A stretch of 64,000 nucleotides of DNA, taken from NCBI GenBank assembly GCA_965209085.1, contig OZ242376.1, positions 512,001 to 576,000 on the forward strand, in the 5' to 3' direction. The position numbers and the translations under genes are program-made. Numbering within the stretch: position 1 is the first letter of the stretch; the number at the start of each line of letters is the position of its first letter. This DNA is from Nitrosopumilaceae archaeon. GTDB lineage: Archaea; Thermoproteota; Nitrososphaeria; Nitrososphaerales; Nitrosopumilaceae. The notes under the pieces are model-generated. The model was not told the origin of the DNA. It ran no database searches and saw only the letters and a list, made by a program, of their open reading frames with translations. Shown here piece after piece: positions 60,803-64,000 of this stretch.

Positions 60803-62199
60803 AGAGTTCATGCATAATCAACTGCAAAGACATACGGTTCCTACTATGACACTGTCATGATCAAAGTACACATGGCCTAAAACCTTCAAGCAGACAACAA
60901 AATAAATCAAAATATCATATGCATGACAAAAAGCAGAATATTATGCGTAACCGTGTGCACAAAGATGTGCTACTTGATTTGAGGGCAAATTTTTTCCAAC
61001 GGTTCGATATACTTGCGATCCTTTAACATGATGTGCAGATTGGTCAGTCCTGTAACCACTTGGATTTCTGTATAAAACGCATCCATTGTGTCATCATATA
61101 CGGCACTCATTCTGCGAAACCATTTGAGCCGGTTTATGGCATGCTCTACTTTTATGCGCTTACGACTGATCCTCTTGCTATATTCGCGTTCTGTCTCTGT
61201 CAATCCCCTACCCTTTGGTTTTTTGTACGGCTGCTTTGAGATAATTCCAGGATAGTCTTTTTCCACGGACAAGTATCCCTTGTCGGTGTAGAGTGTAATT
61301 TGGCGCTCTTTTTTTGTATCAGAGTTTTTCATGCCATCGGTCCATTTGCCAAAATTTGGCGGATTACGCCGCAGTACCTCCATGTCATGTACTGAGCCCT
61401 CTTCTGGACCGCCAATGTCATTTACCACTCCATCTTTGTTGGAGGTTATCTGTATGCTGTAGACGTGCCTTTTGCGCTTTCCAGAATATACTGCCTCTTG
61501 ATTCTCCTGCGGTCTTTGAACCTGTACAAACGTGGCATCAAGATATAGTTCGCCGCCGCCTCTGCCGGGTACGAATTTTTTAAACAACTCGCTTGTACGT
61601 ATTGTCCGTATTGCAGCACCAATATTCTTAGCCGTTGGAAGAATATCCATCAATAGTTCATCAGAAAATGTCAGATATCTGCTAATGGTGCTCTGATCAA
61701 CGTCTGCAATGAACGCAAGTGCTCCCTGTTTGAGATTATTGCGTTTGCGGCACAATACGATAAACAAAACTTGCTTTACGGTAAGGATACAGGTGTTTCC
61801 AGGATCGTCCACATATTCTGAAAAGCGGGGAATCTCTGATGAATTTTCTACGGTTTTTTTGAACCGTTCTAGAATCCATTCAAATTCTTCACGGTTCATT
61901 CCTGTCATTTCATATAGATGAACATCATTCCCAATTCCCTTGTTCAAATATTTATCGACATGTTGTCTTTTGTCATCATTGCTACTCTGTGCCATCTTTT
62001 TGTAGTGTTGAATTTCTGATTCCTGCCTGGAGCTATTCTTTTCCATCTTTAGGATCGTCTTTTCCATCTTTAAGATCGTCTTTTCCAGTTTAGAGATCAT
62101 GCGTTTGTCTGATTTGCACATGCTATGCTCACATGATACTAGATCATAGATCTTTCGATTTGCCAAAATTGATTTTTTAGTTAATTATGCATGAGGTCT
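60803..62199 (-). mobile_element. ISL2-like element, copy 4 (1397 bp, intact)
   Basis: TIRs as copy 3; TSD ATT on both sides. Confidence 0.95.
60970..62166 (-). CDS. IS5-family transposase (copy 4)
   Basis: Nearly identical to 47702-48901. Confidence 0.93.
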   Translation of the reverse strand: MANRKIYDLVSCEHSMCKSDKRMISKLEKTILKMEKTILKMEKNSSRQESEIQHYKKMAQSSNDDKRQHVDKYLNKGIGNDVHLYEMTGMNREEFEWILERFKKTVENSSEIPRFSEYVDDPGNTCILTVKQVLFIVLCRKRNNLKQGALAFIADVDQSTISRYLTFSDELLMDILPTAKNIGAAIRTIRTSELFKKFVPGRGGGELYLDATFVQVQRPQENQEAVYSGKRKRHVYSIQITSNKDGVVNDIGGPEEGSVHDMEVLRRNPPNFGKWTDGMKNSDTKKERQITLYTDKGYLSVEKDYPGIISKQPYKKPKGRGLTETEREYSKRISRKRIKVEHAINRLKWFRRMSAVYDDTMDAFYTEIQVVTGLTNLHIMLKDRKYIEPLEKICPQIK

Positions 62200-62420
62200 A
62201 TTATCTTTATAATGACATGAATATGTTTACAGTCGGATTTGCGGTATTGATGATCAGGGCATTCGCATACAAGACCGTTTCCAGTCCTAGAGACCGTATA
62301 GTATTTGTCGGGCGTGGACATGGATTTTACTTTGAATGTGTGGGTATCGGTTTGAGTTATTGCATTTGCCGTTTCTAGTATTTGGTTTGCTTGTTGTTTG
62401 CGTGTATTCATACAGTTGGT

Positions 62421-62482
62421 ATTAAGAGTACGCTTAATATATGTATCTGTTAATAGTACGCTTAATTAAGAGATCGCTTAAT
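62421..62482. promoter_or_regulatory. Three 18-bp imperfect palindromes (ATTAAG-N6-CTTAAT) in a divergent promoter region
   Basis: ATTAAGAGTACGCTTAAT (62421), GTTAATAGTACGCTTAAT (62449), ATTAAGAGATCGCTTAAT (62465). Confidence 0.7.
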
Positions 62483-62511
62483 TAATATGGTAATAGGTTA
62501 TTGCACCGTGT

Positions 62512-62682
62512 ATGACACGGTGGAAAAAAGATGAGACGGAATTTACAGTCAGCTTATCACATGACGGTGGGCTTGGAATGATTGCACGCATACCTAAACC
62601 AATTAGGGAAGAGTTGGGCAATCCTACCAAGATTAAATTTCTAAAGTATAAGGGTAAAATATTAGTAGATTCTGGAGATTAA
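62512..62682 (+). CDS. 56-aa AbrB/SpoVT-like DNA-binding protein
   Basis: MTRWKKDETEFTVSLSHDGGLGMIARIPKPIREELGNPTKIKFLKYKGKILVDSGD; below the ORF-track cutoff. Confidence 0.7.
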   Translation: MTRWKKDETEFTVSLSHDGGLGMIARIPKPIREELGNPTKIKFLKYKGKILVDSGD

Positions 62683-62688
62683 AACGGT

Positions 62689-62829
62689 TCATAGAATTTT
62701 GCGATCACGGATAAGGCGTGTGCAATATTCAAGACCATGACTGCGATTTCTAAATATTCCCGATTTTACCTGTTTGTCAATCCATCTTAAGATTTCAGCT
62801 TCTATGGATATGGCGATCTTATGCTTCAC
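62689..62829 (-). CDS. 46-aa ribbon-helix-helix protein
   Basis: MKHKIAISIEAEILRWIDKQVKSGIFRNRSHGLEYCTRLIRDRKIL (GTG start). Confidence 0.72.
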   Translation of the reverse strand: MKHKIAISIEAEILRWIDKQVKSGIFRNRSHGLEYCTRLIRDRKIL

Positions 62830-62884
62830 ATGGTACAGTATGACTAGGTATGATTAAAATACGGTATGATAAAGTCATACTTTT

Positions 62885-63262
62885 GTGAGTGCAGTTAAGG
62901 GATTTCTAGCAGGGGGGTTTACAGTATTTGTATTTTTTATCATAGTATTGACAGGTTTTGCACTAGATTCAGATATTGAATATACGAATGATTCAGGTAT
63001 TGCCCATACGAATGAATTAAACCATACGGATAGAGCAGTACTGATAAAATTAGCTCAAAACTGTTATGGCAGAGATACTGATTGCTATGTAAAAAATTTG
63101 GGGTATGGGTTGGATAATAATGATAAATACATAATAGAATCATGGACAAATACTTGTCAGACATTTAGCAAATATCAATATGATCGTTGCTGGAGTATAG
63201 ATAGCGAGGATGCTGGCATAATTACTAGCATACGAAATATGCACTTAAAAGCGGAAAAATGA
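62885..63262 (+). CDS. Membrane-anchored Cys-containing hypothetical passenger protein
   Basis: N-terminal TM segment; four Cys. Confidence 0.65.
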   Translation: MSAVKGFLAGGFTVFVFFIIVLTGFALDSDIEYTNDSGIAHTNELNHTDRAVLIKLAQNCYGRDTDCYVKNLGYGLDNNDKYIIESWTNTCQTFSKYQYDRCWSIDSEDAGIITSIRNMHLKAEK

Positions 63263-63372
63263 CGATTTTTGGTTGATTTGGTTGATCGCTATTTATGGTC
63301 AAATATGCACCGATAAGTTTACAGAACCTGTGATAAAATACTATATAACCCAGCATGATTTGAATTAATTAA

Positions 63373-64000
63373 ATGCCCCCCATGGTCATTACAAGCCAAG
63401 ATAAATGGCTTTTAACCCTGATTGGCTCTACGCCATATGTTAGAGGTATTACAAGATTACAAAAATATGGTATTCTAGTATACGAGGGAATTTTTAACAA
63501 TTCTGAATTTTTTGATGATTGGCAATCCGGCAAGTATGGAATGGTTAGTCGACAATTAGCAGCTAGTTTGGAAAAACTTGAAAATGAGGGATATGTTGCA
63601 GCATATGATACTTTTGATCTAGATAAAAAACGAGTTAAAAATTATATTTTGACGTATATTGGTACGATATTGAAAAATAAATGGATTGTGAATAATACAG
63701 ATATTGCTATAAAAGTTGCACATGTTGCAACCGCATATTTTAACACGCCACTGGAAGAATTATTGGCAGATATATGTGAAAAATTCCCAGAGTTTACAAA
63801 AAGCACCATCGGTGCCAAAGTTAGAAAAGAAATGATGGGTGAGACATCATTACTTGATTCTGAATTTAATTTTCAAAATGAAAAAAATAATCCTGTAAAA
63901 TCATCAATTTCCATAAAAAAACATGTGTTTAACGATAAAGACTTTAGATTAAAGCTTGCAAAATCTATAGGATATGATGAAATTCTCCCTCTTGACCCGG
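63373..64000 (+). CDS. SocA/Panacea (DUF4065)-like wHTH protein (runs off window end)
   Basis: Hand translation: GITRLQKY...W...YG..S..L...L..L...G.V...Y.LT..G...LEELL..I..KFPEFT.S. Confidence 0.7.
   Translation, partial: MPPMVITSQDKWLLTLIGSTPYVRGITRLQKYGILVYEGIFNNSEFFDDWQSGKYGMVSRQLAASLEKLENEGYVAAYDTFDLDKKRVKNYILTYIGTILKNKWIVNNTDIAIKVAHVATAYFNTPLEELLADICEKFPEFTKSTIGAKVRKEMMGETSLLDSEFNFQNEKNNPVKSSISIKKHVFNDKDFRLKLAKSIGYDEILPLDP

Larger units (their letters stand above)
59896..62411 (-). pseudogene. IS6-family DDE transposase with N-terminal SWIM and zinc ribbon, interrupted by IS5
   Basis: CECPD...CKH (SWIM), CKYC..CQEC, ADE, TDG, NNKMER; removing the insert plus one ATT restores a 371-aa frame. 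Confidence 0.88.
58889..63328. mobile_element. IS6-family transposon with passenger genes
   Basis: Perfect 25-bp TIRs GGTTCTGTAAACTTATCGGTGCATA; 8-bp TSD TGTGATAA (58881-58888, 63329-63336). Confidence 0.93.

Noticed and set aside
1-64000. tRNA, rRNA or provirus/casposon hallmark genes
   Set aside because: None recognised by eye; the PolB is the cellular type. tRNAscan-SE was not run.

Overview
Archaeal DNA, most likely a Nitrosopumilaceae-type thaumarchaeon (inferred from PolB, Rpo6, Alba, Hef, parvulin and the methylmalonyl-CoA mutase/epimerase/MeaB cluster). Core-gene blocks alternate with visibly AT-richer islands holding defence genes (McrBC, GmrSD, Mrr, HNH, KAP NTPase, a HEPN-like gene with a (TTTTG)13 tract, HipA-like kinase/DUF3037) and many insertion sequences. 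Main discovery: an IS110/IS1111-type element (46904-49641) whose 3' non-coding region reads as a bridge RNA. One loop matches the element's own end junction; the other matches the terminal inverted repeat (TIR) of the most abundant IS5-family element here. The IS110 sits inside such a TIR and is itself interrupted by a younger IS5 copy whose TIRs lack the predicted TA core. Also notable: an IS6-family transposon with passenger genes (58889-63328; 25-bp TIRs, 8-bp target-site duplication, TSD), a ~78-bp MITE family, and a Nmad-like/Zn-ribbon/MazG-like/UDG island. No tRNA, rRNA or CRISPR array was recognised. All calls are by eye; no searches were run.
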